NCBI RefSeq assembly: GCF_963921235.1
Contig: NC_086097.1
Span: forward strand, 131,814,001 to 131,878,000
Direction of reading: 5' to 3'
Length of the DNA: 64,000 bases
Source of the DNA: Mobula hypostoma
Lineage: Eukaryota
Shown: piece after piece, positions 1 through 13,629 of the stretch
How positions within the stretch are numbered: the stretch's first letter is position 1
Layout: the number at the start of each line of letters is the position of its first letter
Made by a program: the position numbers and the translations under genes
Notes under the pieces: model-generated
Seen by the model: only the letters and a program-made list of their open reading frames with translations
Told to the model about the DNA's origin: nothing
Database searches by the model: none

Positions 1-230
1 ATTAACCTACCAACAACCATGCCTTTGGAAAATGGTAAAAAAACACTTACCCAGGAGAATTTATAGTGACCAATTAACCAACCGATCAGCATGTAATTTG
101 GAAGTAAGATGAAATCCATCTGCTCTGAGAAAGAAAGTGCAAACTCCAAGCATGCAACGCTGGAGTCAGGATGGAACCCAGGTCTCTGAAGCTGTAGGGC
201 ACCAAAACCACCTGCTGTACCCACTGTGGA
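1..230 (-). mobile_element. Degenerate tRNA-derived V-SINE (HE1-like) fragments
   Basis: attaacctacc...gtgcaaactcca...ggatggaacccaggtctctgaagctgt is the reverse complement of a V-SINE core plus a B-box-like head. Similar copies occur near 2050-2220, 16930-17100, 25350-25610, 27530-27830 and 41330-41490. Confidence 0.55.
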
Positions 231-629
231 ATCTTCTGACATTTCAGGTCAATAACCTTTCATTGATTCAGATGTTCTGATAGAAGGATGCAGACCTAAA
301 ATGTTAAAGTCACTATATCAATACAAATTGTGGCTGATTTCCCTGTCAGTGTACCTGCAATGTTACTTTGAAATTATGGCAGCAGTCATTGAATTTTTGG
401 CCAGTTACAGAAAGCACATTTTTTTTATTTGAGGAGAAACATAATAAATAATAGATAGTCAACTACAATATATTTTAGAGAAATCACATTCATTAAAGGA
501 AATTTGTTGAGCCTAGCCTCACTTTTATCTCCTCCTCCATGTTACATGCGTGAATGGTTAATTGGATTTGAGTTTACCTCACAAACTCCCAGAAAATTGA
601 AATCCTACAAAGGTGCAATGGTCATCTTC

Positions 630-1300
630 AGCTCCAGAATGCTAGTCATTTCAACTTCCTTCCTCTTTTCCACATTGACCTGCCTGTCGTCAGTCTCCTC
701 CACTGACAGGGTGAGGTCAAATACCTCAAATACTGCCTTGATAGTCTACAACTCCACAGAGTTGACAATGAATTCTCCAACTTCATGTAACCTACTGCCC
801 CTCTGCTGATTTTTCTCTTCTAATTATTCCAGCTCCTCTCACACAGCACCTTCTTTCAAACTCTTATCATCCTGTCTCCCAGTTTCTTTCTCCCCTCCCT
901 ACCCCACCTGCTTCCACCTATCATCACCCTCACATTCTGCCCAGTCAGTCCCCATCCACTTCCCTTCACCCACTGTTCCCATTTTACACAATATTCCTCC
1001 CTTATCTGTTTCCACTCACACCTCTTTTCCAAACAGATTCCATAATTTTCAGCCCTCAGCTTACCTCCAACAATCGCCTCTTGGCTTCTGTCACGATCTC
1101 CACCCCACCTTCCCCCACTAGCCTCACCTTCATTTGCCTTTCACTTGTCCACTCTCGCCTCACCCATCCCCCTCACCTTTTTATACTGGCAATCTCTCCT
1201 CTACACTCTCAGTCCTGATGCAGGATCTGGACCTGAAACATCAAATATCCCTTTGTCTCCACAGATGCTGCCTGTCCCACCAACAGCTCATAGTTTTTTT
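630..1300 (+). mobile_element. Penelope-like retroelement, 3' fragment
   Basis: Remnant of a Penelope-type ORF C-terminus (CLDSLQLHRVDNEFSNFM*), then a pyrimidine-rich UTR, a cagtcCTGATG...GAAAC hammerhead-like motif at about 1210-1247, and the cagatgctgcctg tail. Confidence 0.65.
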
Positions 1301-1559
1301 GCTAGAAATAATACATATGTGAAGAAATTAGCTGTGTGTTCACTGACAACAGTCAATGGCCCCTGGTTTTTATCTTCCCATAACAACACAGAAATAAACC
1401 ATTCAGCCCACCCTATACATACCAATCCCAGGGTGAAATCTCATTACTCTTATTTTCGTCTTACTTTCAATGTAGAGCTAGCACTCATTCCCCTGCATAG
1501 AAAACCCAATAACTCCTCTTTGATCCACTTTACCATTAACTTTACGAGATTAGTGGTAA

Positions 1560-2030
1560 AGTGAGAGTTACAAGGATGCAGCCAGACTTGAGGGACTTGG
1601 AGAGAGGTTGCGTGGAATGAGACTTTTTTCAGTAGAACGTAGGAGAACGAGTGGTGATCTTATAGTGGTGTATAAAATTATGATGGGCATAGACAGGATG
1701 AATACACACCGACGATTTTCCCAGGCTTGGGGAATCAAGAACTACAGGGAAAGGTTTTTATGTGAAGGGAAGAGATTTAATAGGAACCTGAGGAGCATAT
1801 TTATAATCCAGAGGCTGGTCCGTATATGAAATGATCTGCCTGAAGAAGTGATTGAGGCAGGTACAAAAAAACCTTCTGAAATACATTTGGACAGGTACAG
1901 GGATAGGAAAAGTCTAGAGGGATATGGTTCAAATGTGGGCAATTAGGACTAGCTTAGATGGGAATCTTGGTTGGCATTGACCAGTTGGGCCCAAAGGTCT
2001 GTTTTCATAATATATGACTCTATGTCTTTA
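1560..2030 (+). mobile_element. CR1-type LINE, 3' fragment
   Basis: ORF2 C-terminal motif LFSVERRRTSGDLIVVYKIM followed by a CR1-type 3' tail (gggcccaaaggtctgtt...atgactctatg). Confidence 0.85.
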
Positions 2031-4209
2031 TAACCTATATAAAGTGGTGATTTATGACAGCCAGTTAACCTCAAGCACCTCTTTGGGATGCAAGAGAAAG
2101 CTGGAGTAACATGGAGAGAACATACAAACTCCATGCAGACAATTCCGGAGATCAGGATCGAACCTGGGTCGCTGGGGCAGGGAGGCAGCTGCAATGATTG
2201 CTGCATCACCACGCCACTTACCATTTATTCCAAAGACTTTTATTGAATTCTCACAACCATTTAGCCATGGCAATGAAGATAACTTTCTCGCCCCAGGGAG
2301 TGTTGTTGAAGTGTGAATGAATTCTGTTAAATTAAAAAATGACAACAGGGAACTCATATTTAAGATTTTATCTCAGTAATGTGATTGTCATCCTTTTAAT
2401 GTGTGAGTGCAGTTCAGGTTAATCTCCTGGTTTCATTTAGTTTACACAGTTATGCTTGAGCTTTCTCAGTGGCTCTGTAGGAATGAGAGAGAGGGTTAGG
2501 ATTACAGCCTTTATAGTTTTAAGGAAAGAAGCTCATACTAAGAGTAGAGCAGATTTTTTAAAAGTAATTCTTGAAATGTGGCCATTGTTGACAAGGTTGG
2601 AATTTAGTCCTCATCTCTATGTGCCCTTGAGAAGTAAACTGAATCACAGTACTCATTAAGGTGTAGTTAGCAAAGTAACTCAAAAGATGATCCTCCTTCA
2701 CTTGAAGTATCTCCAGTGATCTAACCACCACAACTTTTCAGGGTAGCGAATTCCAGATACTCACCACTCCCTCATCTGCCCCAGGATTATCCTGTACTAT
2801 TTCTCCATCGACCTCAATTCTCAGAGTCTTTCAAACACTTATGTACCTCCTCTTTATCTGCAGTGACCTAGCTCCCACAACCTTCTGGGTAAAGAATTCC
2901 AGAGGTGCACCAACCTCTGTGAAAAGAAATTCCTTTGCACCTCAGTTTTAAATGACTGTTCCCTTACCTTTTTATGCCTCCTCGTTCAAATCTCTCTAAC
3001 CTCCTTCTATGTTGTAAGAAAATGTGTTATGATATAAACTGTTTCAGTGTTGTTGTATAAGGAATATTGTTCAGGTCATAGGAAGAACATGTAAACTCCA
3101 CACAGACAGCACTCAAGGTCAGGACTGAACCGGGTCTGTATCTGTGAGGAGAAACATTTTTATGGAAAAAAAGATCTTAAATAGCAGTTCAGATACAACA
3201 TAATACCTTCCATGTTTAACTGTGATGGAAAATATTAACTAGGCACATTTCAGGCACTCTTTCCCTATAATTATACTTTATATTGCTGCTTAATTACTCT
3301 GGCACTTGCTGCAACTGGCAACATCGAAAATATACTGAAACATGTGGGTGGGTAGTAAACCCACCAAAATTTAGGTTAACGCTTGAAATCCTATTTGAAG
3401 TTTTGTTTCTAGTTTATGCTTACATAGGGAGTGTTCAAAAAGAACACTTCGTCCCCAATTCCTGTTGCCGCACTGATTTCTGGTGAATCAAATTGATTGT
3501 CAGACCTGGGAGCCGTTGACAGTCTCATCAGCTGGAGAGTGAGTCAGTCTTCAGAGTGATTGATACTGATGCTTTGCCTCCTGGACTGCATAGGCTGAGG
3601 CTGTTTTCCCTGGGGTGAAGGAGGCTGTGGGATGACCTTATAAAAGTTTATAATATCGTGAGAGGCATAGAGAGTCACAGCCCTTTTCCCAAAATATCAA
3701 CAATCCATTTCCCTCCATAGATGTGCCTGACCTGCTGAGTTTCTCCAGCTTGCTCTGTGTTGGTCCAGGTTCCAGCATTTGCACTCTCCTGTGTTTCCTT
3801 GTTATTAAATGCTCTGCCCAGAAAAAAATATCTTTCCACTTACCTTGTCTAATTTTCATCCACTTTGATTAAATCTCTCCTCATTCTTCTAAATTTTAAC
3901 AAAAACAACACCAGCCAGTCTGAAATTTCCCCGCAATTTCTGTTCGCCTGAGCAAATCACAGGTGATATTCTTTAAGCTGGTGGCCTTACAAGAAGTGTG
4001 TCAGAGAAGGACCAAGGAAGGTAGCCTACTATCTCTTAGCCCATTAAACTGTCCCATGATTCAATATCATCTGGGTTGATCTGTCCCAGGCCTCACCTCT
4101 TCTTCTGTGCTAATGACTTACAGCTCGCAATTCCTTGATCTTTCATAAAATTATTAACTTCCTCTTTAATTTCCCCCAGTGATCCAGCTTCCACAACACT
4201 CCATGTAGG

Positions 4210-4737
4210 CTCAGTGTCTGCTTTATTAGGTACTTCTTCTACCTAAAAAAGTGGCCACTGATTGTATGTTTGCAGTCTTCTGCTGCTGAAGCCCATCCAT
4301 TTCAAGGTTTGACATGTTCTGCATTCAGAGATGATCTTCTGCACACCACTGTCGTAACACATGGGCCTTCCCATGGGCATTTTTCTCTGACCTCTCACAT
4401 TAACAAGTGTTTCACGCATAAAACTGCTGTTCTCTGGATATTTCTCATTTTCACACCATTCTCTGTAATCTCAAGCGACTGTTGTGTGTGAAAATCCCCG
4501 GAGATCAGCAGTTTCCAAGATACTCAAACCACCCCTTCTGGCACCAATAATCAGTCCACGGTCAAAGTCACTTAGATCGCATTTCTTCCCCATTCTGATG
4601 TTTGGTCTGAACAAAAACTGAAGTTCTTGACCATGTCTGCATGCTTTTATGCATTGAGTTGCTGCCATACGATTGGCTGAATAAATATTTACATTAACAA
4701 GGTGCATAGGTGTACCTAATGAAGTGGCCACTGAGTT
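4210..4737 (-). mobile_element. Non-autonomous Tc1-like DNA transposon
   Basis: Imperfect terminal inverted repeats (ctcagtgtctgctttattaggtac / gtacctaatgaagtggccactgag) and a transposase N-terminal HTH remnant, MGKKCDLSDFDRGLIIGARRGGLSILETADL. Confidence 0.8.
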
Positions 4738-5904
4738 TATGTTATATAGAATTTATGTTAACTTAAGCTGACTTAAGCTAAAGTTTGCCATGTTTGTAAT
4801 ATACAGTCTTGCTGCTGCAAAAATTAGTTATACCTTGTGCATTTATGCTCATGACAATAAACTGAGAATTCCACACACTCACCACCAATTGCGTGATGAA
4901 CTTGCTACATTTTAAGTGACTGTTCAACTAATCTTGTAACTATGTCTTTTCTCCCTAGTTTCTCCCACTCGTGGAAGTATCTCAACGTCAGGGTATATTT
5001 CAATTCTTTATCTCAGCGGGCCATCGAGACTGGATCACTAGGGGTACTTAGAGGCAGGAGAAATATTTTCAAAGGATCAGGGAATTGAGGGGTATGGGGA
5101 ACTGGCACAGAAGAAGAGATGAATTCTGGAGATATTCTACTGACTTTGGCACTTCAGACCAAGTGTGAGTAAGTGAGATTGGTATAACTAAGTACAATAG
5201 CAGGCATGTACATCACGGGCCAAAGGGCCTGTTTCAGTGTTGTATGACATAATTGCTCTTTAATCAAAGTAAACATTTTATTCTTGCACAGCTTGCTGTA
5301 AGTGGCACAGGATCCTTCCATTACTCTGGGGGGTTGAACATGTCTGTGTAATGGGCAGCAAACAGTGGATGCAACCTAGAGTATCTGTCTCAAGTGTCTC
5401 TAAACTTTAAACCATCGTTACAAGTGTGTCCCACACAAAGCCTGCTGACAGAAAAACAAATTCAATCTTTTATTCCAAAATGCTTTCAAGCATTTATAGT
5501 GCATTGTAAAATGGCTAATTAAGTGTTACTCTCCAATGAACTTGGGGTACTTCCACCCTTAAAACTGATCAAATTATATAAGTCGCTAGCTGTTTACTAG
5601 AAGTAGAATTCCTGTTACTTTCTCTCCTGTACCACTTGCTATTCATCTCATTAAAGTTAGTAACTTAAAAATGCTAGATCTCAAGGGTAAATCAGTCTCA
5701 AAGCCTCTTACTGAATTACCATGGTGAAGTCCCATCTACTCTTTCAAGTGAATGTTGGGGGCATAGTTCCAAAGGATAGTTTGATAATGTTCTGTACTCA
5801 ATCGTCATCATGTTTAAAAATCAGATGATCAGGTAGGTCATTTTCACTTAGCTGTGTGTTGGATCTTACTGTGCACTGATAGGTCTGCTGGTGTTTCTGT
5901 ATCT

Positions 5905-6310
5905 CCCATTCTCCCTCACACACATACAAACACACATTCTCTCCTTCTCTCTTTCTCTCTCCCTCTCCATCGCCTCTCTTCCTCTTTCTCTCTCCCTCTC
6001 CATCCTCTCTTCCTCTTTCTCTCTCCTTCTCCATCCCCTCTTTCTTTTTCTCTACTCTCTCTTCCCTCATACATTTCTCTCTTTCTATCTCTTTCTCTCT
6101 CCTTCTCCCCTCTGACCTGTCCCTCTCTCATTTCTAGCATTGTCTCCCTCCCTCTCTCTCACTCTTCTCCTCTCTCTCACTTCCCCCTTCTTCTCCCATC
6201 TCTGTCTCTTTCCTCTCATCCCTTTCTCTCCTTCTATCGCTCTTTCTTTCTCTCTCTCTCTTCCCTCCCTCTCTCTCCCTCTCCCTCCTCCCCCTCTCTC
6301 TCTCTCTCTG
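5905..6310. repeat. CT-rich degenerate microsatellite (polypyrimidine tract)
   Basis: About 400 bp of (CT)n/(CTT)n/(CCT)n; the ORFs here are low-complexity artefacts. Confidence 0.95.
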
Positions 6311-6699
6311 CTCAGAAGCACTGAGCCCCTATGACATATTCACAGTTGTCTGAAGGATGATTGCTGCTGGAGGTGGAGCAATAATTGGTGTGAGATAATG
6401 TTATAGACAGCTGAAAAGTAGGAACCTAAGTGGGATCAGTGACATAGCTTCTTGTTTTCCAGTCTGTCAGCTTTTCCCTACGCTATGGATTTGTTGTCAT
6501 CGGTTCTGAAGAACCCACTGACATATTTGTCACAAAATTAATTTTTCGCTCCTCACTTGATTGACTCCATTTGTCGGATGTAACTTACAAAGTCACAAAA
6601 AAATGATTTGCTGCACCACCCCTCTCCCGTTGAAATTCCCCTAACCCGTCACTTCGCAGTCTGATGTTTATGGACTATGAGCTTGATTAAGTTAACAAT

Positions 6700-7200
6700 A
6701 AAGAGCTTATAGCAAAATATCTGCTGGAGGAGCTCAGCACTATTGAAGGCAAAGGGATGGACAATGCTTCGGTTCGAAACCCCGCATCTGGACTAAGAGT
6801 GCAGAGGGGAGGTAGCCAGTATAAAGAAGAAAGAGGGAGGGGTGAGAGAGGCTTGGGGGGGTGATACGTAGAACCAGATAAGTGAAGGATGATGGGCAGA
6901 TGAAATCAGGTGGAGCAGGGGACAGGAAGATGAACAAAGGGGGAAGAAACCCAGGTGGCTAGCTCAGTGAGTGATGGGCAGACAGAACTAGGTGGGAGAG
7001 GGAAATGAGTCTTGGATGGGATGGAAAACATAAGAGGCAACGTGGGTGGAGAGATGGGAGTGAGTGGTCTGAAAATGGAAAATAGAATTTCTATATTATT
7101 GGGCTGTAGGTTACCCATATAGAATATGAAGTGCTGTTCTTCTAACTTGTGTTTGGCTTCACCTTAGATATGGAGAAGGTGAGGACAGACAATTTGGTGT
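6700..7200 (-). mobile_element. Penelope-like retroelement, 3' fragment
   Basis: The minus strand reads EEQHFIFYMGNLQPNNIEILFSIF (Penelope-type ORF end), followed by a UTR and a decayed hammerhead-like/ctgagctcctccagc tail. Confidence 0.65.
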
Positions 7201-7949
7201 GTGCTTATATTTTCTTCTAGACTTTTTAATACTTTGGGATGTCCTAAAGAGGCTTAGAGCCAATGAAATAATCCCTAAAGTTCAGTAATCACAGAGGAAA
7301 CACAGTAACCAATCTGTGCACAACTTCCCAAAAGTAACAATATCTACATTATCTAAATTATAGTAATGATGTTTAAGGAATAAACATTGCCCAGAATGTC
7401 TTCTTTTCATCAAAATACTGATTCATCCAGAAGAGAGCATCTTTGTCAGTGATGCACTCCCTCGGAAATGCACATAAGCATCAAACCCGCTGTGTCGACC
7501 CGGTTAAAGAAGACATAGCAAGGAATTTTGTAACTAACTTTACCCACTGTAGCAGTTTGATAGGACAGAATACACTGTGTAATTACTTATACTGCATTTC
7601 AATCAAGATGGTTAAAAGTATTATTATTATATGCAGTTAATGAAAATATGAAAAAAGAGTTAAATTTAACTGAAGTACAATAAGAACTAAGGGACCAAAG
7701 CTACATTTTAGATTGATTTCTTGAGAGATCGCTGCAGATGCTCGAATAGCTGCTCGGTTATTTGCCTCAGTTGATCCGTAAGTTTCTGTTTTCCATGTCT
7801 TTGATCATAAAATTTCTCTTGACTCCATGAACCATCCAAGCTATTGAAGTTGCATCAATCTTTCAAACACATCATAGCACTGCTCATCTTACTGAATAAA
7901 ATTATTCATTCTTAATGAGTTGTCTCATTAATGGGAGTCACAAAGTGAC

Positions 7950-8270
7950 CACAGGTCAGAAGGGCGAGGCTTAAAAGGGGCTCAAGGGCCAAAGTTTTCC
8001 GTGCAGAGGGTAGTGAGTATACAGAACGAGTTGTCAGAGGAAGTGGTTGAGGCAGGTACAATTGTATCAAAGCATTTTAGTTATGTGTGGTACCTTTACT
8101 CATTGGTAATACCGTTACTTCAGAAAGGATAGATAGGGTACATGGATAAGAGGGGTTTGCAGGGATATGGTCTGGATGCAGGTAGATGGAACCAGGCAGA
8201 TCAGGTCGGCATTGACTGGAAGGAATGAAGGACCTTTTTTCTGTGTTGTAGTACTCTCTGATTCTAATAT
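7950..8270 (+). mobile_element. Old CR1 3' fragment
   Basis: gcagagggtagtgagt...gaggaagtggttgaggcaggtacaatt...ctgtgttgtagtactctctg matches the other CR1 tails in the window. Confidence 0.7.
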
Positions 8271-9315
8271 TTGAAGCCCTGTAGATAATTACAGAGAAAT
8301 TGCTGGGAAGGGTATAAAGTATGTTCACAATCCTAATGCAAGGCTCTCAGCCCGGAACTCTGAACAACTCCCTGCTCCCACAGATGCTGCCTGACCCATT
8401 GTGTTCCTCCAGCAGCTTGTTTTCTGCTCCAGATCCAAGCAACTGCAGCCTTTTAGCGGTATAGAGAAGTACAGTACAGAAAGAGATTGTTCATCCTGCT
8501 GAGCCATGCTGACCACCAACCACCCATTTACAGTAATCCTACATCAATTTTATTTTGTATTCCCAGCAACTTCTCCCAAGTTCTACCAAGTTCATTTGCC
8601 AGTTTAATTCTGCAGATTTCCAATCCCAAACAATAATTTCACTGACACTTGCATCCTCCCCAAGTCTTTGGGGCAGAGAGCTCTGGGTTACCATGATCCA
8701 ACTCAGACTTCCTTTGTCGTTGATAGATATTCCCCAGCCTAAGTAATATAATATAAAGCTTCTTTGCTGCAATATTTGATGCCACACTCGCAACAGACAT
8801 ATTGAAAGGACTTCACTCAAGAAGTGAATTATGATATGAATGTTGCTATATAACTGCAGGTTCTAATTGTAGGTTTATTATTAAAAGACTAGACTTACAC
8901 TACAATGATCATGTTGTTGAACACAATATACAAGAAAATAGGAGCAAGAGTAGGCCACGTGGCCACTCAAGCCTCCCCCACCCAATATAATCATGGTTGA
9001 TTTCCCCCTAGATTCATCTCTTCTTCTGCACTTGTTCTCCATTGTCCTTAATTCCTTGATCTTCCTAAAAATTTTTGACCTCCGCTTTAAGTACTTTTGA
9101 TGGATTAGTTTGGATGAGACAAGAAAGGAACAAAGAACAGTACAGCACTGGAAGACCATATGACCATAAGGCATACAAGCAGCATTAGGCCATTCAGCCC
9201 ATTGAGTCTGCTCCACCATCTGATCATGACTGAATTATTTTCCTTCTCAACCCCTGTTTCCTGCCTTCTCCCCGATGCCCTTACTTATCAAGAATCTTCA
9301 AATTCTGCTTCAAAT

Positions 9316-10975
9316 GCTACCGGACCTGGTGGCATCGAGATCCATCATCACCGAGGAGGACGTTAGAAGGGGCTTCCTGAAGATAAATCCAAGGAAGGCG
9401 ACGGGCCCAGATGGTGTCCCAAGAGGGGTTCTCCGGGCCTGTGCAAGTGAGCTAGCTGGAGTGTTTGCTGACATCTTCAACTGATCCTTGCTTCAGACTA
9501 AGATCCCTCAAGTTTTAAGAAGGCAACGATAATCCCGGTGCCGAAGAAGAGCAAGGTGGCACGCCGGAATGACTATGGACCTGTGGCTCTGACATCAATT
9601 GCTATGAAGTGCTTCGAGAGATTGGTTATGGCACACATCAACCACAGCCTATTGGTCAACCTTGATGCTTTGCAATTCACCTACCGGAGCAACAGGTCAA
9701 CGTCAGATGCCATCTCTCTGGCCCTACATTCCTCCTCAGAACATCTGGAGAATAAAGATGCATACGTAAGGCTCCTTTTCATTGACTACAGCTCAGCCTT
9801 TAATACCATCATTCCAAATAAACTGATTCCTAAGCTCCGGAACCTGGGCCTTAGCACTCAGATCTGCAGCTGGATCTTCAACTTCCTCACAGACAGGACC
9901 AAGGCTGTAAAAATAGGGGACAAGCTCTCCTCTACAATCACTCTGAGCACTGGTGCCCCACAAGGCTGTGTACTCAGCCCCCTGCTGTACTCACTGTACA
10001 CCCATGATTGTGTAGCCAAGTTTCCATCAAACTGAATATATAAGTTTGCTGATGACACAACAATTGTAGACCGTATCTCGGGTAATGTTGAGTTTGAGTA
10101 CAGAGAGGAAATTAAGAACCTGGTGGCATGGTGCGAAGACAATAACCTATCCCTCAACGTCAGCAAGACGAAGGAATTGGTTGTTGACTTCAGAAGGAGT
10201 AGTGGACTGCACGACCCAATTTACATCGGTGGTGCACAAGTGGAACAGGTCAAAAGTTTTAAGTTCCTCGGGGTCAATATCACAAATGACCTGACTTGGT
10301 CCAACCAAGCAGAGTTCACTGCCAAGAAGGCCCACCAGCGCCTTTACTCCCTGAGAAAACTAAAGAAATTTGGCCTGTCCCCTAAAACCCTCACTAATTT
10401 TTATAGATGCACCGTAGAAAGCATTCTTCTGGGGTGCATCACAACCTGGTATGGAAGTTGTCCTGTCCAAGACCGAAAGAAGCTGCAGAAGATCGTGAAC
10501 ACGGCGCAGCACATCACACAAACCAATCTTCGTCCGTAGACTCACATTACACCGCACGCTGTCGAAGCAGTGCTGCCAGGATAATCAAGGACACGACCCA
10601 CCCAGCCAAAACACTTTTCATCCCTCTTCCCTCCGGGAGAAGGCTCAGGAGCTTGAAGACCCATAGGGCCAGATTTCAGAACAGCTCCTTTCTAACTGTG
10701 ATAAGACTGCTGAACGGATCCTGACCCGGATCTGGGCCGTACCCTCCAAATATCCGGACCTGCCTCTCATTTTTTTGCACTACCTTACTTTCTATTTTTC
10801 TATTTTCTATTTATGATTTATAATTTAAATTTTTAATATTTACTAATTTTTTCTATTTTTAATATTTAATATTTGTAATCCAGGGAGTGGGAAGCGCAAA
10901 ATCAAATATCGCTGTGATGATTGTATGTCCTAGTACTAATTGTTTGGCGACAATGAAGTATAAAGTATGAAGTAT
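9316..10975 (+). mobile_element. 5'-truncated Rex1/Babar-type LINE, relatively young (RT pseudogene)
   Basis: RT motifs [59 protein letters not shown] and KFADD with few stops; (AAGTAT)n tail; possible AAAT TSD. Confidence 0.9.
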
Positions 10976-11699
10976 AAATATACACAATAACTTGGCCTGC
11001 ACAGCTGTATGTGACAATGAACTCCACAGATTCACCACGCTCTCTCTAAATAAATTCTTCCTCATCTTTGTTCTCTCCGTTGTCCCCAGAAACCCCAGCC
11101 TTTGCTGTTCTGTCATTATCCCTGCTAGAGTCCCAATCCAATCAATTTTGGCCAGCTCTTCTCTCATGCCTCTATGATTTCCTTCACTCCACCACAATAC
11201 TGATACATCTAACTTCATATTCTCTCTCTCAAACTAAAGGGTGAATTCTTTCATATTAGGATTATGGTCTCCTAATGGTTCCTTTACCTTAAACTCTCTA
11301 ATCAAATCTGGCTCATTACACAACACCCTGTTTAAAATTGCCTGTCCCCTTGCAGGCTCAACCAGAAGCTGCTGTAAAAAGCCATCTCATAGGCATTCCT
11401 CAAATTCCTTCTCTTTGGATCCAGCACCAACCTGATTTTCCCAATCTATCTGCAAATTGAAATCCTCTGTGACTATTCTAACATTGCCCTTATTATATCC
11501 CTTTTCTTTTCCCATTGAAATTTATATCCTACATCCTGGCTACTGTCCAGTGGCCTATATATATCTCCCATCAGGGTCTTTTTTAGCCTGGAAGCTTTTT
11601 AACACTGCTTTCAAGGATTGTACATCTTCCGATCCTATGTCACCCCTTTCTAGGAATTTGATTTCATTTTTTTCCCAACAGAGCCACCACACCCACATA

Positions 11700-12193
11700 C
11701 GAGGGGTGATTGATAAATTCGTGGCCTAGGGTAGAAGGAGTCAACTTTAGAAAATCTAGCACATTTATTTTTCAACATAGTCCCCTCCTATATGTACACT
11801 CTTAGTCCAGCAGTCGTGAGGCATGGAGCATACGGATCCTTTCTTTGTAGAAGTGGTCCACAGCAGGGTTGATTGATAAGTTCGTGGCCTAAGGTAGAAG
11901 GAGATGAGTTATACTGCTCTCGTTACATGCACGTGCAGTTCAACTCTTTGAGTGAAAATGCAGAAAGCTTGAATTTAATAACTGATGTCCTTCTACCTTA
12001 GGCCACGAACTTATCAATCACCCCTGCTGTGGACCACTGTCTGGAGGTCCAAGACGCTGACTTCTACAAAGAAGGGATCCGTATGCTCCACGACTGCTGG
12101 ACTAAGTGTGTAAATGTAGGAAAAATAAATGTGCTAGGTTTTCTAAGATTGACTCCTTCTACCTTAGGCCACAAATTTATCAATCACCCCTCG
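11700..12193 (+). mobile_element. Mariner-derived non-autonomous element (MITE) with TA target-site duplication
   Basis: TA|cgaggggtgattgataaattcgtggcctag...ccttaggccacaaatttatcaatcacccctcg|TA, with roughly 70-bp TIRs and a mariner C-terminal remnant, DFYKEGIRMLHDCWTKCVNVG. Confidence 0.9.
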
Positions 12194-13629
12194 TACCTAC
12201 CTGCCTGTACTTTTGATAGAATGTTTATCCTTGGATGTTAAGCTGCCAACTATGATCTTCTTTTAATTAGGTCTCAGTGATGCCCACAACATCATACAGG
12301 CAAAACTTTAATTGCTCTACAAGATTATCTACTTTATTCTGTACACTGTGTCCATTCAAATATGACATCTCCAATTCTGTATTCATCACCCTTTTTAATT
12401 TTGTCCCCATATTACACTACAACTCATGACACCGACTGGAATTTTTCCCTATCATCTACCTGTCCTTCCTCACACTCACTACAGACTGCATCGACTTGTA
12501 TACGAACTGCCTCATCTTCAGCCCTATCACTTTGATTCCCATCCCCCTGCCAGCTTAGTTTAAACCCTCTTCAACAGCTCTAGCAAACCAGCCTACAGGG
12601 ATATTGGTCCCTCTTGGATTCAGGTGTAACCCATCCTTTCTGTACAGGTCATGCCTTCCCCAGAAGAGACCCCAATGATCCAGAAACCCTGCCCCCTGCA
12701 CCACTTCCTGAGCCACTCATTCACCTGTACCATCATCCTATTCCTTCCCTGACTAGCATGTGGTACTGGAAGTAATCCAGAGATTACTACTTTGGAGGTC
12801 CTGTTCTTCAGCCTTCTCCCTAATTCTCTATACTCACAGTGCAGGACCGTTTCCTCCTATCTACCTATGTCATTGGTGCCAAAGTGCACCACGACCTCAG
12901 GCTGCTCATTCACCCACTTGAGAATCTTTTGCAGCTGCTCTGAATCATCCTGGATCATCGCACCTGGGAAGCAACACACCATCCTGGCTTCCCTTTCAAG
13001 GCCACAGAATCTCCTGTCCGTCCCCCTAACTATTGAATCTCCTATCACTTCCCCTCTGCGTGACTTTACCCTTCCCTGTTGAGCCTCAGAACCAGCCACA
13101 GTGACACTGGCCTGTCTGATGCTGCTGTGCTCTGATAGGTCATCCCCCTCAGTAGTATCCAAAGGGGTATACTTGTTGCTGAGCGGAATGGCCACAGGGG
13201 AACTCTGCACTGACTGCCTACTTCCCTTTCTTCTCCTGGTGGCCACCCGTCTACTATCTGAAGCCTGTAGTCCGGGTGTGACCACCTCTAACAAAAGACT
13301 CATCTATGAAGTTTTCAGTCTCCTGAATGGTTCTGAGTACATTCAGCTCCAGCTCAAGTTCCTTAACCTTGCCAATCAGAACCTGAAGCTGGGTGCCCTG
13401 CCTGCAGATGTAGTCATCAGGGAGACCATTAGTTACCCTGAAATCCTATATCTCAGAAGATGAGCATTCCACTGCCTGAACTACCATCCTGCCTACACAT
13501 AATGCCTCCAACTTCTCAAATTTAAGCTCTAGCCTGCACCCGTTCTTGCCTAAGCCTGTTGATCCAAATCCTGACCACTCTAACACAAACTCTACATTTC
13601 ACTACATCAACCTTTTAATTCCAAGGATC

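Larger units (their letters stand above)
9155..13590 (-). mobile_element. CR1 LINE with internal deletion (ORF1 esterase and endonuclease region joined to the 3' tail); hosts two nested insertions
   Basis: ORF 12857-13303 carries the SGNH/GDSL esterase motif VIGDSIVRGTDRRFCG...HFGTNDIGR typical of CR1 ORF1. The 3' tail lies at 9155-9315 and 10976-11080 and joins ORF2 N-terminal sequence near 11080. Confidence 0.8.

Noticed and set aside
5798..6334. Several overlapping ORFs
   Set aside because: These are translations of a CT microsatellite.
12857..13303. Host GDSL esterase gene
   Set aside because: It is CR1 ORF1, colinear with CR1 ORF2 remnants and repeated at about 39000-39600.
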